Shown here: piece after piece, positions 8,489 through 17,013 of the stretch
Layout of the letters: every line of letters begins with the position of its first letter
Numbering within the stretch: the stretch's first letter is position 1
Assembly: GCA_963744995.1 (NCBI GenBank)
Contig: CAVUWA010000010.1
Location: forward strand, 544,001-608,000
DNA from: Candidatus Eiseniibacteriota bacterium
GTDB taxonomy: Bacteria; Eisenbacteria; RBG-16-71-46
Direction: 5' to 3'
DNA: 64,000 bases
Program-made: the position numbers and the translations under genes
Notes under the pieces: generated by a model
Told to the model about the DNA's origin: nothing
Seen by the model: the letters and a program-made list of their open reading frames with translations, nothing else
The model's database searches: none

Positions 8489-9819
8489 AGTGGCCTCCCT
8501 TCGTGGAAGAACGCGGCCGGAGCGATGTGACGGCCGTCCTCGCCGGCGCGCGCCTGCTCCAGCATGCGTTCCCAGGTGGCCTCGGAGACATCGGCGCCGC
8601 CGAGCCCGGCGAACACCGACACCACGCGCGGCGGGTGTGACAGCGACGACAGCGCATCCACGACGTCGAGCGTCAGATGGCCGCGGCCGTAGTGGTGCGC
8701 CTGGTTCACGACCAGCACGACCTGCGCCTTCTCGAGCCGCCGGCGCACGGCCTCGCTCGGGAACGGCGTCAGCAGCCGCATCGCGATCCCGGCGACCTGC
8801 AGGCCGGCCTGTTTCTCGTAACTCTCACGCAGCGCTTCGAACGTGCCGAAGTCCGGCCCCATGCCGACCACGGCGATGTCCACGCTGCCGTGCTCGGGCC
8901 AGCCGACCTCGTCGAAGAACTTGAGGCCCGGGCGGCCGAAGTGCTTCTCGAAGTCCGCGGCCACCGCGGGCAGCACCCTCAGCACCTGCTCCATGCGCTG
9001 CTTCTGCGCCACCTTGAAGCCCTGGAAGTGCTTCGACGTGACACAGTTGCCGAACGCGGTGTCGCCGTTGATGAGCCCCGGCAGCGTACACGGCTGGATC
9101 CAGCCGTCCTGGAAGGCGTGGATCGCCCGGTCGGCTTCGACCGTGAGCCGCGCACTGCGATGGCTGTCCTTGATTCCGTAGAAGCCGGGCATCGTCGGGG
9201 TCATGACCTCCGGGTGCATGCCGATGCATGGCGCCTGGAGGATCGTGTCGTAGATCTGCTGTTTGCCGCGCGCGCAGATCTGGACGAAGCCGTCGTCGCG
9301 GTGCGCCAGCGTGTCCGAGGGGTCACCCTCGATACACAGCGGGAAATTCGCGGTGGCGCGATAGACGTTGATCAGCATCACGTTGCCGAGCCCGCTCGCG
9401 CCCAGCGAGCGCGTGGTCTCGGTCATGTGGTCGAGGCCGACCGAACTGGTGGCGGTCGGAACGATCAGGTCGCGGCACGCGGCCGCTGCGCCGACCAGAT
9501 AGTCGGCGACGGCGTGCTCGGCTTCGAGCAGCTTGACCTTCTTCTTGCTGCGGGGTTCGTCGGCGATCTTCGACGCGACCGTCTCGATCCACTTCGTGGA
9601 CGGCGTGATCGGGAAGCCCGGATAGATCACGCAGCGCCACATCTGCAGGGTCGCGAGCGCCGCCGCAGTGTTGCCGTCGACGGTGACCTGTTCGCGTTCC
9701 GCGTACAGGTCGACGTGGGCCGCGCGGACGCGCTCGAGATCCACGGCCCCCGGATACAGATCCCCGGACGGGGTGGTCTCGTGCGGCATCGGCAGGGCGG
9801 GTCTTTCGAGCGTGCTCAT
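8485..9819 (-). CDS. porA: 2-oxoacid:ferredoxin oxidoreductase alpha subunit (PorA-like)
   Basis: DGNTAAA, FPITPST, EAEH, TATSSVGL..M.E, RDDG, AGLGGAD; ATGA overlap with the upstream gene. Confidence 0.88.
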   Translation of the reverse strand: MSTLERPALPMPHETTPSGDLYPGAVDLERVRAAHVDLYAEREQVTVDGNTAAALATLQMWRCVIYPGFPITPSTKWIETVASKIADEPRSKKKVKLLEAEHAVADYLVGAAAACRDLIVPTATSSVGLDHMTETTRSLGASGLGNVMLINVYRATANFPLCIEGDPSDTLAHRDDGFVQICARGKQQIYDTILQAPCIGMHPEVMTPTMPGFYGIKDSHRSARLTVEADRAIHAFQDGWIQPCTLPGLINGDTAFGNCVTSKHFQGFKVAQKQRMEQVLRVLPAVAADFEKHFGRPGLKFFDEVGWPEHGSVDIAVVGMGPDFGTFEALRESYEKQAGLQVAGIAMRLLTPFPSEAVRRRLEKAQVVLVVNQAHHYGRGHLTLDVVDALSSLSHPPRVVSVFAGLGGADVSEATWERMLEQARAGEDGRHIAPAAFFHEGRPL

Positions 9820-10790
9820 GTCAGCGAGACCTCCTCCTCCCACTGCTCCTCGAACGGCACTTCCCGGAACAGCTTCTCCGGGCACACGGCAATGCACTCG
9901 CCACAGAGCTTGCAGAAGCTGCTGACGTCGACGCCCGTCACCTTGAGACCGCGTTTCTCTTCGGGCTCGAACAGGATGATTCCCTCGGGGCAGTTGTGGA
10001 TGCAGAGCGCGCATCCGGTGCAGGCGTCCGCCGGATCCTCGAACCGCAGGCGAATGCCGCTCGGCGCGTAGTCGGCCGTGCGGTTGTTGCGCGAGAGGCG
10101 CAGCGGGGTCTGGGCGCCGGTCGGCAGCGCGCCGTAGCCCTCGAAACCGGCCGGCACGTGCGCCCCGGGCCGGGACTCGTTGAACACCCCCTCCTGGATC
10201 CGCTCGAGGGTCGCTGCGAGCGCGGCCCGGTTGCTGTCGAGGATCCGGTTCGGCACGTGCCGCTTGCGCAGGATGGTGAGGAACGACTCGAAGATCGCCT
10301 CGTTCGGCGCGCCGGAGATCGCCCGGGCCGCCGCGACGTAGACGGACACGTTGCCAATCGGGGCCTTCAGGTGTTCGCGGCCGACGTCGTCGCCCGGAAC
10401 CGTGATGACGTGACCGGAGAGCCCGTAGTGGAGCGCGCACTGCTCGGGCGTCCGCGTCGTATTGAGAATGAACGTCCCCCCGGGGGTCACGCCCTCGGCG
10501 AAGTCCCAGGTCCGTGCCGCGGACTCGTTCATGAGAATCGCGACGTCGGGCCGGGTCACCTCGCAGGCGGCGGTGATCGGCCGTCGGCTGACCCGCATGA
10601 AGGACCGGATGCTGGCGCCGCGTCGCGCCGAGCTGAAGAACGGCCACTCCTGAACGTGGACCCCGGCATCCTGGGCGAGCAGATCGGCCAGGCTCTGGAA
10701 GGCCAGCAGCAGGCCGCCCCCCGCCTTGCCGTCGCCCCGGATCTCGAGGTGCGACGTCTGGATGACCCTTTGGAGATCGAGCACCCTCAC
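9816..10790 (-). CDS. Fused gamma-delta subunit of 2-oxoacid:ferredoxin oxidoreductase (PorC plus 2[4Fe-4S] PorD)
   Basis: EIRGDGKAGGG, PFFSSARRGA..SFMR, PD..I; C-terminal CTGCALCIHNCP and CKLCGECIAVCP. Confidence 0.85.
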   Translation of the reverse strand: MRVLDLQRVIQTSHLEIRGDGKAGGGLLLAFQSLADLLAQDAGVHVQEWPFFSSARRGASIRSFMRVSRRPITAACEVTRPDVAILMNESAARTWDFAEGVTPGGTFILNTTRTPEQCALHYGLSGHVITVPGDDVGREHLKAPIGNVSVYVAAARAISGAPNEAIFESFLTILRKRHVPNRILDSNRAALAATLERIQEGVFNESRPGAHVPAGFEGYGALPTGAQTPLRLSRNNRTADYAPSGIRLRFEDPADACTGCALCIHNCPEGIILFEPEEKRGLKVTGVDVSSFCKLCGECIAVCPEKLFREVPFEEQWEEEVSLT

Positions 10791-10797
10791 TTGAACC

Positions 10798-11004
10798 TCA
10801 CTTCCTGAAGAGGATCGCGTGGCCAGGACATTCCGTCATGATCTTCTGCAGCTCTGGCAGCATCGCCTCGTCCAGATCGGCGTTGTAGACCTCCGCGACC
10901 TCCTCGTCTTCCACGTTTCGGAATGCCATCGGCATCGCCTTGACGCAGTCGCCGCACTCCGTGCAAAGGTCTTGATCGACATAGAATTCAGGGACTTTGC
11001 CCAT
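10798..11004 (-). CDS. Small single-cluster ferredoxin
   Basis: VDQDLCTECGDC...ECPGHAI; GGAGGAG RBS upstream of ATG 11004. Confidence 0.9.
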   Translation of the reverse strand: MGKVPEFYVDQDLCTECGDCVKAMPMAFRNVEDEEVAEVYNADLDEAMLPELQKIMTECPGHAILFRK

Positions 11005-11370
11005 CTCTCGCTCCTCCCGTTCGAATGGTCCCGGCCGCCGGCGTCCGGCCGCGGCCACCGGAATTCCGTGCATGATTCATGCTAGAACCTTCCGTCCGGA
11101 GGCGGCGCAGATGTCAGGTCCGCTTCCAGCCGCCGTTCGACACCACGGGGGTTCGACGATGTTCGGATTGGTTTGGCCGCGCCGGAGGAGACCGCGCGTC
11201 GCGACGACGCGGGGGGCTCTGAGGCGCCCGTCTCCCGACGGCCGGAGCGCCCCGCTCCGGCCCCTGGCGTACGCATGCCCGGCATCGACCGGCCTGGTCC
11301 GTTCCGTTCTCCTTCGTGACCGCCGTCCCCGCCCCCGCGGTGGACGAGCCCCCGATGCACGGGCGCTTCC

Positions 11371-12726
11371 ATGAACCCACCGCTCGTCGAGATCACCAGT
11401 TTCGGCCGCGGCGGCATCCACCCGCCGACGCACAAGGATCTGACCGCGCACCGCGCGATCGAGGACCTGCCGTGGCCGGGCGAGGTCTGGCTGCCGCTCG
11501 TCCAGCACCTGGGCGAGCCCTCGGTGCCGATCGTCAAGAAGGGCGACGTGGTCGCGCGCGGGCAGATGATCGCCGAGGGCGGCGAGACCGGGGTGCCGAT
11601 CCACGCCAGCGTGCCCGGCAAGATCAAGTTCATCGACAGACGCCCGCACCCGACGCTGGTCACCTGCCCGACGCTCGTGATCCGCCACACCGAAGAGACC
11701 GAAGTGCTGCCGTTCGAGGAGGATCCGGACTGGCGCACGCTCGGCCACGACGCGACCCTGGCGCGGATCCGCGACGCGGGAATCGTCGGGCTCGGTGGCG
11801 CCGCCTTCCCGACCCACCGCAAGCTGACGCTGCCCGAGGGCGTCCACGTGGACACGTTCATCCTGAACGGCGCCGAGTGCGAGCCCTACCTGACCGCGGA
11901 CCACCGGCTCATGCGGCTCTACCCGCGCGAGATCCTGGAAGGCGCGCTGATCATGACGCGGCTGGTCGGAGCGAAGCGCCTGCTGATCGGCATCGAGGCC
12001 GACAAGAGCGATGTGATCCCCGGTTTCCGCGACGCCGCGGCCGAGACGCCGCTCGGCGGCATCGAGTTCGACGTCCGCGTCTGTGAGGTGCGCTACCCGC
12101 AGGGCGCCGAGCGGCAGCTCATCACCGCGCTCACCGGCCGCGTCGTTCCGGCGCGCGCCCTGCCGTCGGCGGTCGGGATCATCGTCCAGAACGTGGCGAC
12201 GGCGCACGCGGTGCACGACGCGGTGCGCTTCCGCCGCCCGCTCATGGACCGCATCATGACCGTGACGGGGCCGGGCATCGGCACGCCCCGCAACGTGCGC
12301 GCGCCGCTCGGCGCGCTGCTCCAGGACATCGTCGCCTTCTGTGGCGGGGCGAGCGACGACACCACGCGGATCGTAGCCGGGGGGCCGATGATGGGCCGCA
12401 GCCTCCCGCGCCTCGATCTGCCGCTCGTCAAGGGCATGAACGGCCTCGTGCTGCTCACGGGGCGGGGTCCGTTCGAAGAGGGCTTCGGACCCTGCATCCA
12501 GTGCGGGCGCTGCCTCGACGCGTGCCCGCTCGGGCTCGAACCCAATCAGGTCTCGATCTACGTCGAGGCCGGGCGGACGCTCGAGACCGATCCGTTCGGC
12601 ACGCTCGACTGCTACGAGTGCGGCTCCTGCACCTACGTCTGTCCGTCGGAGCGGCCGCTGCTCCAGTACATGCAGGTGGCGAAGTCGGCGCTGCGCCGCG
12701 CGCGCGACCTGAGGATCGTCCGATGA
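11371..12726 (+). CDS. rnfC: Rnf complex subunit C
   Basis: GGIHPP, QHLG, AGIVGLGGAAFPT, NGAECEPYLTAD, YPQGAERQL, GGPMMG, two CxxCxxCxxxCP motifs. Confidence 0.96.
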   Translation: MNPPLVEITSFGRGGIHPPTHKDLTAHRAIEDLPWPGEVWLPLVQHLGEPSVPIVKKGDVVARGQMIAEGGETGVPIHASVPGKIKFIDRRPHPTLVTCPTLVIRHTEETEVLPFEEDPDWRTLGHDATLARIRDAGIVGLGGAAFPTHRKLTLPEGVHVDTFILNGAECEPYLTADHRLMRLYPREILEGALIMTRLVGAKRLLIGIEADKSDVIPGFRDAAAETPLGGIEFDVRVCEVRYPQGAERQLITALTGRVVPARALPSAVGIIVQNVATAHAVHDAVRFRRPLMDRIMTVTGPGIGTPRNVRAPLGALLQDIVAFCGGASDDTTRIVAGGPMMGRSLPRLDLPLVKGMNGLVLLTGRGPFEEGFGPCIQCGRCLDACPLGLEPNQVSIYVEAGRTLETDPFGTLDCYECGSCTYVCPSERPLLQYMQVAKSALRRARDLRIVR

Positions 12727-13724
12727 GCCTGGCCGAAAACCAGCCGGCGGCCCACCCCTACGTGATCTCGCCCGGCCCGCACGTGCGGGTCGAGGAGAGC
12801 ACGGCGAGGATCATGTGGTGGGTGAACGGCGCCCTGGCTCCCGCCGCGCTCTGGGGCATCGTCGTGTTCGGGCCCAACGCGCTGGCCGTGACCCTGGCCT
12901 CGATCGCCGGCGCGCTCACCGCCGAGTGGGGCGCGGCGCGCGCGCTCAAGCGGCGCGCCACGCTGAGCGACGGCAGCGCCGTGTGCACGGGGCTGCTGCT
13001 GGCGATGACCCTGCCGCCCGCGGTGCCGTGGTGGACCGCGGCGCTCGGCGCCATCTTCGCGATCCTGTTCGGCAAGGCGATCTTCGGCGGCCTCGGCTTC
13101 AACCTCTTCAACCCCGCGCTGATCGGCCGCGCCTTCATGCTCGCCACGTTCCCGGTCGCGATGACCGCCGGCTGGCTCGCGCCGCACCCCTGGTTCCAGG
13201 CGCCGGTGGATGCGATCACCACCGCGACGCCGCTCGCCGCGATGCGCGAGCACGGTCTCGCCGCGGCGCTCCAGCTCGCCGCGCACGGCGCCGGCAGCCC
13301 GTGGGCGAACCTGCTGCTCGGGCTGCGCCCGGGCTCGATCGGCGAGGGATCGGTGGTCCTGGTCGCGCTCGGTGCGGGTGTCCTGCTGTTCCGCCGCATC
13401 ATCACCCTCACCATTCCACTCAGCGTGTTCGCCGGCGTCGCGATCGTCACCGCGTTCAGCGGCGCGTTCCCGCTGCACATGATGAGCGGCGGGCTGTGGC
13501 TCGGCGCATTCTTCATGGCGACCGACTACGTGACCTCGCCGGTCACCCGCAACGGCAAGATCGTGTTCGGCCTGCTGATCGGCGCGCTCACCGGCGTGAT
13601 CCGCCTCTACGGCGGCTACCCGGAGGGCATCTGCTACGCGATCCTGCTCGCCAACACGCTGGTGCCGGCGCTCAACATGTGGTTCCGGCCGCGCCGCGTC
13701 GCCATCGCGGGGACGCCGTCATGA
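12723..13724 (+). CDS. rnfD: Rnf complex subunit D
   Basis: SPGPH, DGSAVCTGLLLA, KAIFGGLGFNLFNPALIGR, DAITTATPL (FMN Thr), GSIGE, FFMATDYVTSP, GGYPEG. Confidence 0.95.
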   Translation: MSLAENQPAAHPYVISPGPHVRVEESTARIMWWVNGALAPAALWGIVVFGPNALAVTLASIAGALTAEWGAARALKRRATLSDGSAVCTGLLLAMTLPPAVPWWTAALGAIFAILFGKAIFGGLGFNLFNPALIGRAFMLATFPVAMTAGWLAPHPWFQAPVDAITTATPLAAMREHGLAAALQLAAHGAGSPWANLLLGLRPGSIGEGSVVLVALGAGVLLFRRIITLTIPLSVFAGVAIVTAFSGAFPLHMMSGGLWLGAFFMATDYVTSPVTRNGKIVFGLLIGALTGVIRLYGGYPEGICYAILLANTLVPALNMWFRPRRVAIAGTPS

Positions 13725-14554
13725 ACGAGAAGACCCGCGAAATCCTGCGCATCGCCTGGTCGATGACGCTGGCCTGCCTGGTCGGCTCGGCGATTCTCGG
13801 CGCCGTCTTCGTCGCCACCGAGCGCTACGCCGAGGCCTCGCGACTCGCCGGGGAGCGCCGCGCGATCACCGAGATGCTGGGCCTCGACTCGACCGCGACC
13901 GTCGTGGAGATCCGCCAGTACCTGGAGCCCGCCGACCGCGTGGTGGTGTACCGCCGCATGTCCGGCACGGACGGCGGCGGCCTCGAGCTGCGCTTCTCGC
14001 TCGACGGCGCGCTGCTCGCCCGTACGCCGCTCGACGCCAAAGCCGCGGCGGACGACCAGGACCTCGAACCGCTCGGGCGCCTGTTCGTCGCCGAGCGGGA
14101 CGGCGCCCCGGCCGGATTCGTGATCGAGGGCGAAACGCGCGGCTACAAGAACACGATCCGCTTCTTCGTCGCGCTCGATCGGGCCTTCGACATCGCCGGC
14201 GTGCGCGTGGTCGAGCACGAGGAGGATCCCGGGCTCGGCGCCGAAGTGGCGACGCCCTGGTTCCAGGGGCAGTTCGTCGGGCGCTCGGCCGAATCGCTGG
14301 ACGGGCTCGAGGTGACCAAGGCCCCGATGCCCGAGGACTGGCGCGCGGCGCTCGACCGGCTGGCGAAGATGCCGCGCACGGAGTGGCGTGCCGAATACGG
14401 CGCGCTCGCCGACCGTGAGCGGGCGCAGCCGATCCATGCCGTGAGCGGCGCGACCATCTCGAGCACCGCGCTCACCCGCGGGGTGCGCACCACCGTGGAT
14501 CACTTCCGGCGCCGCTGGGCGCTGATCGAGCCCTATCTGGGAGGTCCGGCATGA
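13721..14554 (+). CDS. rnfG: Rnf complex subunit G (with insertions)
   Basis: N-terminal TM helix, GY..I, EHEEDPGLG, WFQGQF, VSGATISS (FMN Thr); operon position. Confidence 0.88.
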   Translation: MNEKTREILRIAWSMTLACLVGSAILGAVFVATERYAEASRLAGERRAITEMLGLDSTATVVEIRQYLEPADRVVVYRRMSGTDGGGLELRFSLDGALLARTPLDAKAAADDQDLEPLGRLFVAERDGAPAGFVIEGETRGYKNTIRFFVALDRAFDIAGVRVVEHEEDPGLGAEVATPWFQGQFVGRSAESLDGLEVTKAPMPEDWRAALDRLAKMPRTEWRAEYGALADRERAQPIHAVSGATISSTALTRGVRTTVDHFRRRWALIEPYLGGPA

Positions 14555-15222
14555 GCGCCGTCGTCCCGATTCCCGGCCGGGAGCCGAGCGCGCGCTTTCT
14601 GATCCTGCGCGGGATCTTCTCCGAGAATCCGGTGTTCCGCCTGGCGCTCAGCCTGTGCCCGGCGGTCGCCGTCACCAACGCGATCGCGAACGGCATCGCG
14701 CTGGGCATCGCCGTGCTGTTCGTCCAGGTGCTGTCGAGCGTCACGGTGACGCTGGTCAAGGGCTTCATCCACCCGCGCGTGCGGATTCCGGTGTACACGA
14801 TCATCATCGCGGTCTGGGTGAGCGTGATCGACATGGTGCTCGCCGCGTTCGCGCCGACCGTGTACGCCCAGGTCGGGCTGTACGTGAAGCTGATCGTCGC
14901 GTTCGCGATCATCATTTCGCGGCTCGAGGTGTTCGCGTCGCGACACCCGATCCTGCCGACGTTCTGGGACGGCTTCGGCATGGGACTCGGCTTCCTGTTC
15001 GCACTGGTCACGATCAGCGCGCTGCGCGAACTGCTCGGCAGCGGCTCGCTGCTCGGCCACGTGATCGTGACGAAGAAGCCGCTGCTGTTCTTCGCGCTGC
15101 CGGCGGGCGGATTCTTCACGATCGCCCTGCTGATGGCGCTGTTCAACTACGTCGAGCGGCGCTGGTTCGGGGGCGCTTCGGACACGGCGTCGAGTGGAGG
15201 CAGTCATGGCCATGCGGCATGA
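14551..15222 (+). CDS. rnfE: Rnf complex subunit E (divergent, single Cys)
   Basis: ENPVF..LSLCPAVAVT, VRIP, DGFGMGLGF, LRELLGSG, LPAGGF. Confidence 0.92.
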   Translation: MSAVVPIPGREPSARFLILRGIFSENPVFRLALSLCPAVAVTNAIANGIALGIAVLFVQVLSSVTVTLVKGFIHPRVRIPVYTIIIAVWVSVIDMVLAAFAPTVYAQVGLYVKLIVAFAIIISRLEVFASRHPILPTFWDGFGMGLGFLFALVTISALRELLGSGSLLGHVIVTKKPLLFFALPAGGFFTIALLMALFNYVERRWFGGASDTASSGGSHGHAA

Positions 15223-16138
15223 CGCCGTGCGGCTCGCGGCCGCTTCGCTGTGCGTGCTCCTCGGCGCGGCCCTGCCCGTCTCTGCGCACGCCGACGGGGC
15301 GCTCCGGCGCGCGCGGGTGCTGGCGCCGGATCACGTGCGGGTCGAGCTCGCCGAACCGGTGGCGGATCTCTCGCCTGCGAACTTCCGCTTCAGCGAGGCG
15401 CATGCGCCGGACGTGCCGATGAAGGTGCTGGAAGTGGCCCCGCAGGGCGAGCGGCGCGTGCTGCTCACCGTGGACGGCCGGCTCGAACCGGCCGGGTCGT
15501 ACGTGCTCGAGCTGCGCGAGCCGGCGTCGCGGCTGCCGGTGCATCCCGCGCCGTGGGCGCTGGTGCTGACCGTGGTGATGTCGGCGGCGCTGATCAACAA
15601 CTTCGTCTTTACCCGCTACCTAGGCCTGTGCGTGTTCTTCGGCGTGTCGAGGAAGCGCGACACCGCGATCGGCATGGGCTTCACGTTCGGGATGGTGATG
15701 GTGCTCTCGGGCATGCTGTCGTGGCTGCTGTTCACCTGGGTGATGGCGCCGCTGGGGCTCAAGTTCCTCCAGGTCCTGGTGTTCATCGGCGTGGTCGCGT
15801 TCCTGGTGCAGCTGCTCGACACGATTCTCAAGAAGACGCACCGCGCGCTGCACCAGCGCTTCGGCATCTACCTGATGCTGATCACCACCAACTGCATCAT
15901 TCTGGCCGTGCCGCTGCTGAACGCCTCGGCGAACGCGACGGCCATGGATGCGTTCGCCCTGTCGCTCGGCTCGGGGATCGGCTTCGCGATCGCCCTGTTC
16001 CTGATGTCGTGCGCGCGCGAGCGCGTCGAGCTGGCGCGCGTGCCGCCGAGTTTCCAGGGGCTGCCGATCGCCTTTGCGCTCACCGGCCTGTTCGCGCTGG
16101 CCTTCATGGGCTTCTCGGGCCTGACCTTCTTCCGTTAG
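15206..16138 (+). CDS. rnfA: Rnf complex subunit A with N-terminal signal peptide and Ig-like domain
   Basis: GGAGG RBS at 15196-15200; INNFVFTRYLGLC, AIGMG, LITTNCIIL, RER, FQGLPIA, ALAFMGFSG. Confidence 0.92.
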   Translation: MAMRHDAVRLAAASLCVLLGAALPVSAHADGALRRARVLAPDHVRVELAEPVADLSPANFRFSEAHAPDVPMKVLEVAPQGERRVLLTVDGRLEPAGSYVLELREPASRLPVHPAPWALVLTVVMSAALINNFVFTRYLGLCVFFGVSRKRDTAIGMGFTFGMVMVLSGMLSWLLFTWVMAPLGLKFLQVLVFIGVVAFLVQLLDTILKKTHRALHQRFGIYLMLITTNCIILAVPLLNASANATAMDAFALSLGSGIGFAIALFLMSCARERVELARVPPSFQGLPIAFALTGLFALAFMGFSGLTFFR

Positions 16139-16146
16139 GAGCGACC

Positions 16147-17013
16147 GTGAATCACGAGTACCTCCGCATCGCACTCTGGGGCCTGGCGGTCTTCACCGTC
16201 CTCGGGGTCGCGTTCGGATTCGCCCTCGCGGCGGCGGCCATGCGCTTCCAGGTGGCGACCAACCCGCTGGTGGACCAGGTGCGCGACGCGTTGCCGTCCG
16301 CCAACTGCGGCGCATGCGGGTTCGCCGGCTGCCAGGCCTACGCCGAGGCCGTGGTCGAGAAGCAGGATGTCGAGCCCAACCTGTGCACGCCCGGGCGCGG
16401 GCCCGTCGCGCAGCGGCTGGCGAGTCTCACCGGCAAGGAGATGGGCGCGGTGCAGGACCGGCTCGTGGTGATGCGCTGCCACGGCACCAGCGCCTACGCG
16501 CGCAACGAAGCGGAGTACGCGGGCGTCGAGACCTGCGCCGCGGCGTCGCTGGTGTTCGGCGGGCCGAAGGCGTGCAAGAACGGCTGCCTCGGCCTCGGCG
16601 ACTGCGTGCGCGCGTGTCCGTTCGACGCGCTGAGTCTCGGCCCCGAAGGCATTACGGTCGTGGACGCGGAGAAGTGCACCGGCTGCGGCATCTGCATTCC
16701 CGTGTGCCCCAAGGACCTGTTCCAGCTCTACCCGCGCAATCGCCGCATCGAGCTGGCGTGCGTGGCGCGTGACAAGGGGTCGGTGGTGCGCTCCACGTGC
16801 ATGGTCGGCTGTATCCTGTGCCGGAAGTGCGTGGCCAAGTGCCCGGCCGACGCGATCGCGTTCGACGGAACGACGATCGTCATCGATCATGAGAAATGTC
16901 TGGCCTACGGGCCGTCCTGTAACGAAGTGTGCGTGGACGTCTGTCCGAGCACCATTCTTCATCGCGTGGGGCAGCGTCCGCGCCCCGAAGTTCGAGAGGT
17001 GGTTTCAGCGTGA
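16147..17013 (+). CDS. rnfB: Rnf complex subunit B (polyferredoxin type)
   Basis: GTG start; TM helix, LPSANCGACGFAGC, CTPG, CKNGCLGLGDCVRACPFDA, CTGCGICIPVCP, GCILCRKCVAKCP. Confidence 0.93.
   Translation: MNHEYLRIALWGLAVFTVLGVAFGFALAAAAMRFQVATNPLVDQVRDALPSANCGACGFAGCQAYAEAVVEKQDVEPNLCTPGRGPVAQRLASLTGKEMGAVQDRLVVMRCHGTSAYARNEAEYAGVETCAAASLVFGGPKACKNGCLGLGDCVRACPFDALSLGPEGITVVDAEKCTGCGICIPVCPKDLFQLYPRNRRIELACVARDKGSVVRSTCMVGCILCRKCVAKCPADAIAFDGTTIVIDHEKCLAYGPSCNEVCVDVCPSTILHRVGQRPRPEVREVVSA

Noticed and set aside
11068..11084. sigma54 promoter for the ferredoxin-por operon (minus strand TAGCATGAATCATGCA)
   Set aside because: Lacks the invariant GG at -24; reported only as a palindrome.
11085..11200. 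tRNA-like GTTCGA motifs in the por/rnf intergenic region
   Set aside because: No acceptor stem or cloverleaf could be built.
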